Part shown: one piece after another, positions 44,331 to 53,777 of the stretch
Position numbering within the stretch: position 1 is the stretch's first letter
Layout of the letters: every line of letters starts with the position of its first letter
Source of the DNA: an uncultured virus (IMG/VR IMGVR_UViG_3300037493_002973)
Lineage: Duplodnaviria; Heunggongvirae; Uroviricota; Caudoviricetes
Length of the DNA: 64,000 nt
IMG/VR virus record: IMGVR_UViG_3300037493_002973
Direction: 5' to 3' (one strand)
Position numbers and translations under genes: made by a program
Notes under the pieces: model-generated
Database searches by the model: none
What the model saw: the letters and a program-made list of their open reading frames with translations, nothing else
What the model was told of the DNA's origin: nothing

Positions 44331-46619
44331 TTACATTGGGCTTGTTCCAGGAACTCCTTCTTCAGAAGCAAAAGACATATTTCTATCTGCTGCTATTTCT
44401 TGTCCTATTCCACCTCCCGTATCCATTCCTGCCTGCTGTTTCTCCAAATCAATCTTCTGCTGTTCAATTCCTACCTTTTTCATATTAGGAGTTTGCCTAA
44501 TGATTTCTCGTTGGGCAGAAGACTCATCCTTCATTTGCTGTTGCTGCTGCATGGCTTGCAATTGCATTTGTTGGCTTTGTTGTTGCATTTGCATATCCTG
44601 TTGACGAATCCTTTCTGCTTTCATCTCTTTCAATTTGAAAGTTTCAGTCATATCGTGAAGGAGTTCTCTTGTAGTTCTTGCAGTTTTGGTTTTCAGCCAT
44701 TCAACAGGACCGAAGCCTGTCTCCTTAAAGTTTTGCGCCCAAGCAAGAGCCATTCCATTAAGTTCTGCGCGTAAACTATCATCAATAATATCCTCAAGTT
44801 CTACCCTTACCTGCATTGCAGACATTGTCATGTTTTGAATTTCCTTCCAAAACTCTTTGCTAGACTCATTAAAGATTAGATCCGCTTCATCCTCGTTCTT
44901 AGCATCTAAAAGCATAACCTTAGCAACATTCAGAACGTATTCCTCGAACATAGCAAAGAATTGGAAGAATCCTTGGAGTAACATAATAGTTCCGTTACTT
45001 GCCTGAGATATAGTTTGTTGCTGTGTACCTCCGCCAATGTACGTCTGCTGCATACCCTGCGTAATTCTCGATTGAGAAACTACATCACGCATATCCTGCA
45101 TCATTTCCTTACGGAGAGCCACGTAATTCATAATGTTTGGGTCAAGGGACATGTCAACCATTTCGATTGCCCTTCCTTGTGTAATAGGTTCTTCACCGTT
45201 AGCCCTTGAAAGGACTGTCATTTTGTGTTGCTTCAAATCAGCTATTAAGGCGCCAACCTCTACAGCATCTCCTCCAAGGGATTCGGCAAATACAAAATAA
45301 GTTTTACCCAAGTCGGTAGAAATCTTCTCTCTAATGCGGTACATGAAAGCATCGCAATCATCCTGCTGCTGCCTGAATCTATCTACTGGACAAACGTTCT
45401 TTCCTCTAACGGTATCGGGAGAGAAGATTGCAATTGGAAGAACGGGCCATTCAGGTTTTGCATTGTCGTAAACAATGTTCGTTCCTTCTCCGTAGTTTAC
45501 CAATATGCGGTTTCCGATAAGGGTTCCACCGTAGTAAGTAGTGTACCATCCATCAGTTTCCGAATAAAGTCTTGCGATAAAGTATCCTGTGCAACAAGCT
45601 ACCCTTGAAATATCGCCTGTTTCGCTCCATCGGAATCCTGTTGCAGGGGTAAGGTTATTTAGAACCCCCGAAAGATTTGCCGTAACTACTCCACCGTTTG
45701 AACTATCGAATACATCGTCAAGGACTTCGCTTGCATCAGGTCCAAGGTCGTAAGTCATCATTACTTCCTCTTTACTGTGCCAAGAAATAAATCCCTTGTA
45801 TAGGCAATAGCGGTTGTAATCATCGTCTTCATTCCCCCTATCCCATACAAGATACTGCGGGGCAATGGCTTGGTAGGAGATTCTCCCATCGAAAGACTCT
45901 AAGTGAATCCCACAATATCTACCGATAATAACATCTCTGTATCGCTTCGGGAAAAAGTCTTTGTATGAATTGACGTTGTTAATGTGATTCATAATGTCAA
46001 GTCCGTACAACTCAACTTTATGTGCAGGCTTACGGGCTACTTCAATCATAGCCATATCCATGTCTGTCTGCGTTCCTTCGGGAACAAACTCTACTCCCAT
46101 TTTAGCAAACTCCGCAAAGATTCTTGGTAGTTTCTTCTTAATGTCAATCATTGCAATTTGCAATTGACGGATACTTTGCACGGATGGGTCTAAGGATTCT
46201 ACTGTAAGTTTAACAGAAGAGAAGTGTTTTTGCATAGGCCCAAGCATGTGCTGAACCGTTTCGTAAACTTCGTGCCCTGCTGTCCAAGGGGCTTGTAATT
46301 CCTGCCCTTCGCTGCCTTGCGCCATGTAAGCGAACATGTAATTGTCCTGCTGCGCGGTATAGTAATCGAAATTTCTGTTGATTTCTTCTACTGGAGAAAG
46401 TCTGTTGTAAACCTTTGTGGCGTTGTTAAAACCGTCTACTGAAGTGGTGTATTCTGCGTTATATTGATTGGCTATGAATTGTAGGTAACTTGCGCAAAGT
46501 CCCGAAATGCCTCCATATTTCTTTTTTAGGGCAGCTTTTGTTCCCGTTGTGTCGGGTCTACTAAATCCTATGGATTCTGTTTGGGTGTTCGCTTTATCAA
46601 TAATAACATAGTCTGCCAT
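44331..46619 (-). CDS. Portal protein
   Basis: 762 aa after terminase; IEMVDMSLDPNIMNYV motif; Gln-rich C-terminal helix typical of podovirus portals. Confidence 0.85.
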   Translation of the reverse strand: MADYVIIDKANTQTESIGFSRPDTTGTKAALKKKYGGISGLCASYLQFIANQYNAEYTTSVDGFNNATKVYNRLSPVEEINRNFDYYTAQQDNYMFAYMAQGSEGQELQAPWTAGHEVYETVQHMLGPMQKHFSSVKLTVESLDPSVQSIRQLQIAMIDIKKKLPRIFAEFAKMGVEFVPEGTQTDMDMAMIEVARKPAHKVELYGLDIMNHINNVNSYKDFFPKRYRDVIIGRYCGIHLESFDGRISYQAIAPQYLVWDRGNEDDDYNRYCLYKGFISWHSKEEVMMTYDLGPDASEVLDDVFDSSNGGVVTANLSGVLNNLTPATGFRWSETGDISRVACCTGYFIARLYSETDGWYTTYYGGTLIGNRILVNYGEGTNIVYDNAKPEWPVLPIAIFSPDTVRGKNVCPVDRFRQQQDDCDAFMYRIREKISTDLGKTYFVFAESLGGDAVEVGALIADLKQHKMTVLSRANGEEPITQGRAIEMVDMSLDPNIMNYVALRKEMMQDMRDVVSQSRITQGMQQTYIGGGTQQQTISQASNGTIMLLQGFFQFFAMFEEYVLNVAKVMLLDAKNEDEADLIFNESSKEFWKEIQNMTMSAMQVRVELEDIIDDSLRAELNGMALAWAQNFKETGFGPVEWLKTKTARTTRELLHDMTETFKLKEMKAERIRQQDMQMQQQSQQMQLQAMQQQQQMKDESSAQREIIRQTPNMKKVGIEQQKIDLEKQQAGMDTGGGIGQEIAADRNMSFASEEGVPGTSPM

Positions 46620-46642
46620 TTGCTCGCATTTTTTAGCGTTAG

Positions 46643-46664
46643 CAAATCTACGTTTTTTACGTAG
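46643..46664 (-). promoter_or_regulatory. Promoter box overlapped by palindromic operator CTACGT-N5-ACGTAG
   Basis: TAGATTTG at 46643-46650; palindrome at 46648-46664. Confidence 0.7.
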
Positions 46665-46683
46665 AAGTTTCTATGTGTTTTAC

Positions 46684-46938
46684 TTAGCTTGTCTCTTGGT
46701 CAATATAACTACGAGTTCCATCTTTATGCGTAATGTATTTTGGAGGTTCTTGCATCATCACAATTTCGACTCTTACATTGCCTAATCTTCCTGTTCGGAG
46801 CATGACAGTTGCCGTTGGTCGGCTTCCATCTTTATCGCTGTATTGGAATATCCCGTAGCATACCGATTCGTAATACCCCTCGGGAATCATAATGTAACAA
46901 GGCAGGGGGAATTTAATGTTTTCGTGTAGTTCGTTCAT
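46684..46938 (-). CDS. Hypothetical protein
   Basis: 84 aa; ATGA overlap with terminase. Confidence 0.6.
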   Translation of the reverse strand: MNELHENIKFPLPCYIMIPEGYYESVCYGIFQYSDKDGSRPTATVMLRTGRLGNVRVEIVMMQEPPKYITHKDGTRSYIDQETS

Positions 46939-49121
46939 ATTGCAGCTTTCCAGTTAGACCCTTCTCCGTAAAATTCTTTCATAGATTTCTCTGTCATTAC
47001 TTTCCTCATTACAACTACTCTTTTCCCATCTTTTATTTCCATGTAAGGAACTTCGTTGTATTGGGCTTTCATAGCATTTATAGCACGTCTTCCATCTGTA
47101 ACAATACGACCTTCCGTCATTACTTCACACATGAATATCGCGTCAATAACGTCCGTATTCTCCATGCCGAATACCCGAAGTTGCTCGAGGATAATAGGGA
47201 AGTCCACGTCGCTCATGTGCTCCCTAAAGTATTTAAACCCTACGTTGTAAATCTTCTCGGTATTGTGCCCGTCTTTAACTATACCTCGAATGGTATTCTT
47301 TTTAAAACCCTTTGAGCCTATCCATTGCGGTTGATATGCAAGGGCACTCAAATTATTATCGTTTTTATATTGAAGGTAAAGAACATCACCCCTGTTCCTT
47401 TCAATCATGTTTTGGCAATTATTGTAAAGCTGTTGCCCTCCCCAAACATCGTTATAAATTCGCTTTTCATCAGAAGTTCTCATTAAATAAATAGCGACAT
47501 ACTCATTTGTTTCTACGCATTTGATAACAGAACAGTGCATCGAACGTTCCGTTCCATCGGGATCCATTGTAATCTCTTCCTTCTTCATCAGCATAGGAAT
47601 AGCGTCCGTTCCCATTTCGTAATTCATTCCTTTTACTGGACCTTGGGAGATAAGCCAAGCGCCTTTAGGGTCGTTCTCGAAAGAAACAATTCCGTTTGGT
47701 AGCGTTATAATGCTAACCCTACGGATATTTCTTGGGTGGTTTACAAGTTCGAGTTCTTGCGGGGCAATTAGTTTGGCAACATCGTCAGGAATTACTCCTC
47801 TTTCATCTGATTGGAATACCTCGTCAATAGTTAAAGGGTATCTTTTTATGAAGGAAAGTAAGTCGCCTTTATCGGAGTTTAGGTCAAGCGTGGCTCTTTG
47901 CCAATTTATATAGGCTTCCGCCCTTGCTTCATCATCCCAACCGTTAATACAGAAGTTCTCCTTACCAATTACATTACCGTTTTCGTCCCAAATCGTTGCT
48001 TCAGATATACCTAAAGAACCTTTAAGGAGCATACATTTTAATCGGTTTCCGCTTTCGCTTGCTTTCCAAATCGCACGAGCTTCCTTCATCCCAAGACGGG
48101 AAACCGAACCCGCAGAACCTCCTGCCACCATTATACCTACTCTTGCCATACCTGCCATAAGACAGGATTCTACTGCACGTCTTACATCTTGGGGATAAGG
48201 GTGGAGGAATAATTCATCAAGGAACGCATACTTAGCACGGGCACCTTCAAGGTTAGTAACGTCTTTTCTGTCTTGCGAAGTTTGCCTACAAGTAATATCT
48301 GCATACATACCCGTTTCAACTCCATCGTCATCAAGCTCTGCAAGGATTGCTCCTTTCATCTTATCGTAGTTCTTACGGAGGGCTTGAACCCAATCTTCTA
48401 AGGAACCGTGTTGGGCAATAAACTTCTCTGCAAGCAAGTCTTCTGCTCTTCGTAAGTCGGCAGAAGTCATTAGGGTACGAGAACCTGGAAACATAATCGA
48501 AATCCAAAGCGGAATCAATCCTCCAAATATAGAGGAAAGCCCAATCTCCCTTCGCTTGAAAATGTAAAGGTCTTTTTGGTTTTTAAGACATTCGAGAAAT
48601 TCATTAAGAATAATCTCGTCTACATTCCTCCACGTAGGTCTAATTAGATTTCCTTCTGCGTCCTTTATCTTGACCTGAGTAAGATAGAAGTAATGGATTC
48701 CAGTAAGTCCTGCAAATCCCTCTTTCCACCTCCTTTTCTGTTCTTTCCTCCAAGGTCTACGAATGGAATGCCCTTTGGCTTCATGTATTCTTCTTGCGGA
48801 TTCCTGTTCATCAGCTTCCGTTCGGAGTTCTTCTATTTCATCCGCAATTGATTCTACTTTCCCTTTCTTTTCGGAGGAGTCTAAATCTGAATTTCTTTTT
48901 GTGGCACCCGATTCGCGTTTAAGTGCGGCTATCTCGGTTTTTATTTCATCAAGTCTTGTTGCGCATTCTTTCGCTGCATCGAACTCTTTATCCCAAAGCG
49001 TTTTTAGAGGGAGTTCTTCTTCAAGGTACTGCGAATAGGTGAACTTAGGAGGTCTTACCTCTATTGGAGGAGGGAGAACAAGTTTAGGAACTACACTTTC
49101 AACTACTTCTTCGTCAGACAT
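46935..49121 (-). CDS. terL: Terminase large subunit
   Basis: LTGIHYFYL, KRREIGLS (Walker A-like), AFLDE (Walker B), GTD and NTDVIDA nuclease motifs; upstream of portal. Confidence 0.88.
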   Translation of the reverse strand: MSDEEVVESVVPKLVLPPPIEVRPPKFTYSQYLEEELPLKTLWDKEFDAAKECATRLDEIKTEIAALKRESGATKRNSDLDSSEKKGKVESIADEIEELRTEADEQESARRIHEAKGHSIRRPWRKEQKRRWKEGFAGLTGIHYFYLTQVKIKDAEGNLIRPTWRNVDEIILNEFLECLKNQKDLYIFKRREIGLSSIFGGLIPLWISIMFPGSRTLMTSADLRRAEDLLAEKFIAQHGSLEDWVQALRKNYDKMKGAILAELDDDGVETGMYADITCRQTSQDRKDVTNLEGARAKYAFLDELFLHPYPQDVRRAVESCLMAGMARVGIMVAGGSAGSVSRLGMKEARAIWKASESGNRLKCMLLKGSLGISEATIWDENGNVIGKENFCINGWDDEARAEAYINWQRATLDLNSDKGDLLSFIKRYPLTIDEVFQSDERGVIPDDVAKLIAPQELELVNHPRNIRRVSIITLPNGIVSFENDPKGAWLISQGPVKGMNYEMGTDAIPMLMKKEEITMDPDGTERSMHCSVIKCVETNEYVAIYLMRTSDEKRIYNDVWGGQQLYNNCQNMIERNRGDVLYLQYKNDNNLSALAYQPQWIGSKGFKKNTIRGIVKDGHNTEKIYNVGFKYFREHMSDVDFPIILEQLRVFGMENTDVIDAIFMCEVMTEGRIVTDGRRAINAMKAQYNEVPYMEIKDGKRVVVMRKVMTEKSMKEFYGEGSNWKAAI

Positions 49122-49126
49122 GAATG

Positions 49127-49134
49127 CAAAAGTA
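49127..49134 (-). promoter_or_regulatory. Bacteroidota-type -7 box 5 nt before the terminase ATG
   Basis: CAAAAGTA on plus = TACTTTTG. Confidence 0.55.
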
Positions 49135-49182
49135 GTAAGAAATGGGTTTTATTTAGAAGTTGAAATTTTATACTATATTAGA

Positions 49183-49839
49183 TTATTCTAAGAATAGGGA
49201 TTCTTGATTTGTTTTTGGCTTTTGTATTACGCCCATTGCAGTATTAAAAATTGTTTTTCCTGCTTCATAATCCACAAGATTTCGGGCTATCTTATCCATT
49301 CGTTGTTCACCTTTATATTGGTAAAAATTATAATCGTGGAATTCGCACCACCTTTTTACTTCGTCTTTACCTTCCATTATTGACGCTTTCCTTTCGTTTA
49401 AATCACTTGGTATGTTAAAGTTTGTCCAATACAAATGTCTACCTCTTTTTTTACCTATAACCAAAGGCTCATAAAATGGCACTACATTTTCAACGCAATA
49501 CTTCCCTTTAAAATAGTTATCTAAAAAAATAATCTCTTGGTATAATTTCATATCTGGATATTCAGGCGTTGTGCTTTCGTGCCTTGCAAACCTAGCCTTA
49601 CTATGACTTGGACAAGGTGGTGAACTCCAAATAAAATCAAACTCTTTGTAATTGTCTAATAGATATTGATGAGCGTCTGCAACTATTACTGTATCGTTTG
49701 GGAAACGCTCTTGATACAACCGCGCAAGCTCAGGGTCAAGTTCTATTGCTGTAACCTCAATACTCGTAACCTCATCCCATTTGTAACGATTACCTCCAAG
49801 GCAAGCGTATAGATTAAGAACTTTTACTGATTTTTTCAT
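49183..49839 (-). CDS. C5 cytosine DNA methyltransferase (short phage type)
   Basis: VLNLYACLGG (motif I variant), SPPC (IV), VENV (VI), RxxxYW (VIII-like). Confidence 0.85.
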   Translation of the reverse strand: MKKSVKVLNLYACLGGNRYKWDEVTSIEVTAIELDPELARLYQERFPNDTVIVADAHQYLLDNYKEFDFIWSSPPCPSHSKARFARHESTTPEYPDMKLYQEIIFLDNYFKGKYCVENVVPFYEPLVIGKKRGRHLYWTNFNIPSDLNERKASIMEGKDEVKRWCEFHDYNFYQYKGEQRMDKIARNLVDYEAGKTIFNTAMGVIQKPKTNQESLFLE

Positions 49840-49852
49840 CTTTCTTTAATTA

Positions 49853-51355
49853 TTAAAATGGGCTTCCGTCTGAATCATCGTTATCCTTATACGGTAAACT
49901 AGGAATGTCGAATTGAGTAGACCTAACCGTAACACTTGGCATGGGTTCCAAAATGGAATTTGGGTTTGGAACGTAAGAGGAATTATCTTCCCAATCCGAA
50001 AAGGAAGTCGTTTCGGGATTCCACTTCAAGTTTGCTGTTCCTGTTATCCCGTCCCTGTTCTTGGCAACGATATACTCTGCAAGCCCTACTGTGCTTCCGT
50101 TATCGTCAGACATATCTATTCCGTAGTATTCGGGTCTATGTAGGAATACAACTACGTGTGCATCCATTTCTAATTGACCGCTTTCACGTAAGTCTGAAAG
50201 TTGGGGCTTCTTACTTCCTCCCCTCTTTTCTAAATCCCTTCCAAGCTGCGCAAGGGCAATAAGAGGGATATTCAAGTACTTCGCTAAATTGGCAAACGTT
50301 GTAGAAATATCTGCAACTATCTGTTCGCGATTTCCTCCTTGTATATTGTTCTGTACCCTCTGCAAGTAATCTACATAAATTAACTCTACGGGTTCTTTTA
50401 TGTTCTCGGAAATTATTCTGTTTCGGATCTCCGTCTTAGTCAAACAGTCGTCAATAATTACAAGTTTGCTGTCAATTATCTCTCTCGACATCTCGTTAAT
50501 TATTCCCCATTCAGTTGTTGAAAGTTGTCCTGTTCGGATTTTATAGGCGGGGATTCCTGTGTGGTAGGACATTAAGCGGAGCATTAACTGAGGTGCCGAC
50601 ATCTCTACCGAAAAGAATAACGTCCTACGTGCTTGTGCAACGGAAAATTCGTAGGCTTCTTGTAATGCCTTTGCGGTTTTCCCCATTCCAGGACGGGCAG
50701 CAAGAACAATAAAGTGCCCTTTTGTATATCCTCCCGTTAATTTATCCGCGTCAATAAGTCCTGTTCGCAGCCCTTGTATTGCTCCAGTAGAAGCAAGTTC
50801 GGACTTCTCTATTAATTCTAAAACTAAGTCTTTATTAGATTTCGATTGCTTTCCCGTAATAGAAGTTCCTACTCCAAGAATCTCTTTATTGGCATGGTCT
50901 AGAAGTTCTAAGGCATCTGAGGTGTTCTCGAAAGCCATGTTGTAAACATCTCCTGCAACTCTTATCAGTTCCCTTTTAATAAATGCCTGCTGTATAATCC
51001 TTGCGTGGAACTCTGTATTGGAACCTCCTCCAACTCTATCGGTCAACTTAGAGATGAAATACGCTCCTCCAACCAATTCTAACTCTCCCGATTTCTTTAG
51101 GAAGTTAACAACGGTCATAATATCTACGGGGCTTGTTTTGGAATACAGCGTAGCTATTGCGTTGAATATCTTTTGGTGTTCTAACTTGTAGAACGATTCG
51201 GGTTTTAGAATTGGAATAACGCTATGCAACGCTTCCAATTCCATTAAGCAAGCGCCTAATACAACCTCCTCTAAAGGAAGCTCATTTGGAGCCACTTTTC
51301 CTAAAGAAGTAGAAATGGAATCATTCATGGAAAATCTATTGGGAGTTCTGTTCAT
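49853..51355 (-). CDS. dnaB: Replicative DNA helicase DnaB
   Basis: LAARPGMGKT, FSVEMS, VDYLQ, LAQLGR, LSDLRESGQLEMDA, AKNRDG. Confidence 0.96.
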   Translation of the reverse strand: MNRTPNRFSMNDSISTSLGKVAPNELPLEEVVLGACLMELEALHSVIPILKPESFYKLEHQKIFNAIATLYSKTSPVDIMTVVNFLKKSGELELVGGAYFISKLTDRVGGGSNTEFHARIIQQAFIKRELIRVAGDVYNMAFENTSDALELLDHANKEILGVGTSITGKQSKSNKDLVLELIEKSELASTGAIQGLRTGLIDADKLTGGYTKGHFIVLAARPGMGKTAKALQEAYEFSVAQARRTLFFSVEMSAPQLMLRLMSYHTGIPAYKIRTGQLSTTEWGIINEMSREIIDSKLVIIDDCLTKTEIRNRIISENIKEPVELIYVDYLQRVQNNIQGGNREQIVADISTTFANLAKYLNIPLIALAQLGRDLEKRGGSKKPQLSDLRESGQLEMDAHVVVFLHRPEYYGIDMSDDNGSTVGLAEYIVAKNRDGITGTANLKWNPETTSFSDWEDNSSYVPNPNSILEPMPSVTVRSTQFDIPSLPYKDNDDSDGSPF

Positions 51356-51356
51356 C

Positions 51357-51989
51357 TTACTTTTTCCTTAAATCAATCCCGTCAAATACAACTACATTAA
51401 ACATCTGTTCGATTCTCGAGTCGATTCTCTTACCGTACTTCTTTAGGAGATTCTCCCTGTCAATGTTAGAAGTAGCCAATGTAATGAACCCCTTATTTAC
51501 CCAAGCATCGTACCTTGTAGATAAAACTTCGTAGCCTACAAAGATTTCCGTTCCGTATACCTTAGAGGAATCCACTTCATCAGCTAAGTCGTCAATAAAC
51601 ATAATGGGGGCACGTTCAATTTTATCTTCTAAAGAAAACATGTATTCGGATCCTCGTCTAAAGGTCTTTGCAATATCCCTCGAACTTGTACTCATTACTG
51701 GGCTTCTGTTAATATCTGTAAGTACTTTACATAAAGCATCCATTGCGAAGGTCTTTCCGCTTCCTACATCTCCAATAAACATAATCCCCTTGTTAAGATT
51801 TCCTTTAAAGGATTTATCGCGAATGGCATAGAGGGCAAGTTCTCTTAGGGTATTCTTATGCAAGGGTTCGTATTCTCTCCCTATGTTGGAACACGATTTT
51901 TGTATGTACTGCATAAGAACTTTAATCCAATCCTCAAGTTGTTCTGCGGGGCACTCTTTTAGGGTGAAGCGGGAAGGTTGTGTGTTCAT
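51357..51989 (-). CDS. DnaC/IstB-like AAA+ helicase loader
   Basis: GDVGSGKT, FIDDL, TSN, YGKRIDSRI, GIDLR. Start reassigned to the ATGA overlap at 51989. Confidence 0.88.
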   Translation of the reverse strand: MNTQPSRFTLKECPAEQLEDWIKVLMQYIQKSCSNIGREYEPLHKNTLRELALYAIRDKSFKGNLNKGIMFIGDVGSGKTFAMDALCKVLTDINRSPVMSTSSRDIAKTFRRGSEYMFSLEDKIERAPIMFIDDLADEVDSSKVYGTEIFVGYEVLSTRYDAWVNKGFITLATSNIDRENLLKKYGKRIDSRIEQMFNVVVFDGIDLRKK

Positions 51990-52213
51990 CGTATTTGGGT
52001 TAGTCCACATAAACGGCATTTTTTCATCCATTTTCCATCGTAAATAAAGTGATGGGCGCATGTTGAGTAGTGAACCGTTTTAGGGGTTTTAACTTGTTTT
52101 TTATCTTCTACCACATCTTTCCCATACGCGGCTATAATTTCAGACATGTCGGATTCTAATGCGGTGAAGCCACAAATTCTTTCAAGTGCTTCAAATAAAT
52201 TTTGGTTTCTCAT
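51986..52213 (-). CDS. Hypothetical Zn-ribbon protein
   Basis: CAH...CRLCG C-terminus. Confidence 0.6.
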   Translation of the reverse strand: MRNQNLFEALERICGFTALESDMSEIIAAYGKDVVEDKKQVKTPKTVHYSTCAHHFIYDGKWMKKCRLCGLTQIR

Positions 52214-52218
52214 TTTAC

Positions 52219-53112
52219 TTACATATTACCCTGATAATTCATCTTCTCAGGAAGTTTGTGTGCGGCACCTATGTTGGTATTGTTCTGCTGTTCTTTTCTC
52301 GGGAACACTCCCATGTATCCATTGCTAATAGATTCATACAAAGCCTTGGTTAATTGTTCCGTAGAGAACTCTTCAAGTTTATCGAGGTTGAGTTTCATTG
52401 CATTAAATGTCATAGGCTTTCTCCTGTCTTTTCTATCCTGAGCGAACATCTGTAACGCTTTATTTAGTTCGGGGTCTTCGTGGAAATCGTCTTGAGGGTC
52501 TACGTATGGAGTTAGCTTTTTAACTTTCGGGGGCTTAGTAGAAGTTTTTGGACTTTCTTCTGTTGACTGAAAAAGAAGGGGGGGCTGCGCAATAGGGGGT
52601 TGATTTTTTGTTTGGATGTTCAGCAAATCATTTAATTGGCTAATTGGATTTTGGGGAAAAATTTCTTCTTCTGAAATTTCTATTTCTTTTTCTTCTTTTT
52701 GTTTTTCTTCTTCTTTTTTTTCTTTTTCTTCTTGTTTGTCGCCCTTTGATTGCCCTTCTGCTTGCCCTTGGCTCGCCCTTTGTTCGCCCTTTGGTTTTGA
52801 AACTTCTTGGTAACTATCGTATTTACAGACAGTTATCATCGTCCCATCGCTTGCCCCTTGTATGTCTATTTCTCCAGTAGTTTTCATCTTTTCGATTGCC
52901 ACTCTTACTTGCTTAATTGTAAGCCCTGTTTCAACTGAAAGATGTGCCATTGAAGTCCATTTTTGCCCTCTCAAAATCTTCTTGCCTCTATAATTAGCAT
53001 CAGCATGGTTGGCTGTAATTAGGAGGTGAATAAAAAGGACTTTGGTGGGTACGTCATCATACCACTCCCATTTAATAATCGACCTGTGAAGTTTTATCCA
53101 ACCTTCTTCCAT
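52219..53112 (-). CDS. Phage replication initiator (replisome organiser, lambda O analogue)
   Basis: GWIKLHRSIIKWEWY, wHTH, ITVCKYDSYQ, C-terminal ESISNGYMGVF; upstream of loader and DnaB. Start reassigned to MEEGW. Confidence 0.88.
   Translation of the reverse strand: MEEGWIKLHRSIIKWEWYDDVPTKVLFIHLLITANHADANYRGKKILRGQKWTSMAHLSVETGLTIKQVRVAIEKMKTTGEIDIQGASDGTMITVCKYDSYQEVSKPKGEQRASQGQAEGQSKGDKQEEKEKKEEEKQKEEKEIEISEEEIFPQNPISQLNDLLNIQTKNQPPIAQPPLLFQSTEESPKTSTKPPKVKKLTPYVDPQDDFHEDPELNKALQMFAQDRKDRRKPMTFNAMKLNLDKLEEFSTEQLTKALYESISNGYMGVFPRKEQQNNTNIGAAHKLPEKMNYQGNM
52655..52795. other. Putative replication origin (iterons plus AT-rich tract)
   Basis: GCCCTT at 52741, 52752, 52764, 52775 and 52786, next to a long T-rich tract, inside the initiator gene. 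Confidence 0.65.
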
Positions 53113-53116
53113 TATG

Positions 53117-53271
53117 CAATCATTACAACAAGAGGCCGTATAGCCGTACGGAGTAAAGAAGCGCACACGTACACGCGGCTAACCTTACTACTTCCTCTTG
53201 TCGATGATTGGAATGGCTTTTTCATTGTACGTGAATTACATTAGGGGGCTAACCTAACGGGTGTAAATGTA
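53117..53271 (-). promoter_or_regulatory. Structured leader of the initiator gene
   Basis: Long stem 53117-53135/53194-53210; repeated GGCTAACCT; CACGTACA/TGTACGTG complement; near-consensus -7 box at 53264-53271. Confidence 0.6.
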
Positions 53272-53403
53272 GTAATTATTTTAATCCATCAAACCTCCCA
53301 AAAGAAGCTACCGTTCCGAAGTTCCCGTTTCGTCTACTTGAAGTGTATTCCATCAGTAATTGAAGTCTTTGTTCGGGGTCTAAGAACGTGTATCCATGTT
53401 CCT

Positions 53404-53730
53404 CTATCTTCGTTTTAGGTCTTCCGAGGATAAAGCCCTGAACATTACATCCTGTATCGGCTTGTTTATGAATAGGGCTATTAGCACGAGAACCGATAGG
53501 TGTTCTGTTGTTAGGGAATCTTGGAGGGGGAATTCTCTGTTTGGAAACTTCTTCAAGCGCGACAGGAGGCATTCTTTCACTCCTTGCTGCTTTGTCCATT
53601 CCAAGAAGTCCCGAAATGTCATTCCTCTTTGTGTTAAGCATAGGTTTAAGTTTTTAGATACTGTTAGGAGAATCTGTTGGGATTCCTCGTAGGTTTTTTG
53701 GGAGAAGTATGTGGGGGGTGCTTTAGTCAT
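53404..53730 (-). CDS. Putative XRE/Cro-like HTH regulator
   Basis: VSKNLNLCLTQRGMTFRDF...LSVLVLIALFINKPIQDVM pattern; upstream of the replication genes. Confidence 0.5.
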   Translation of the reverse strand: MTKAPPTYFSQKTYEESQQILLTVSKNLNLCLTQRGMTFRDFLEWTKQQGVKECLLSRLKKFPNREFPLQDSLTTEHLSVLVLIALFINKPIQDVMFRALSSEDLKRR

Positions 53731-53777
53731 TTTCTAAATCACTTTCTAAATAAATTTCGATTCCTAATTTGAAATAT

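Noticed and set aside
53276..53641. 121-aa alternative ORF
   Set aside because: Overlaps the HTH-like 53404-53730 gene on the same strand and has no recognisable features.
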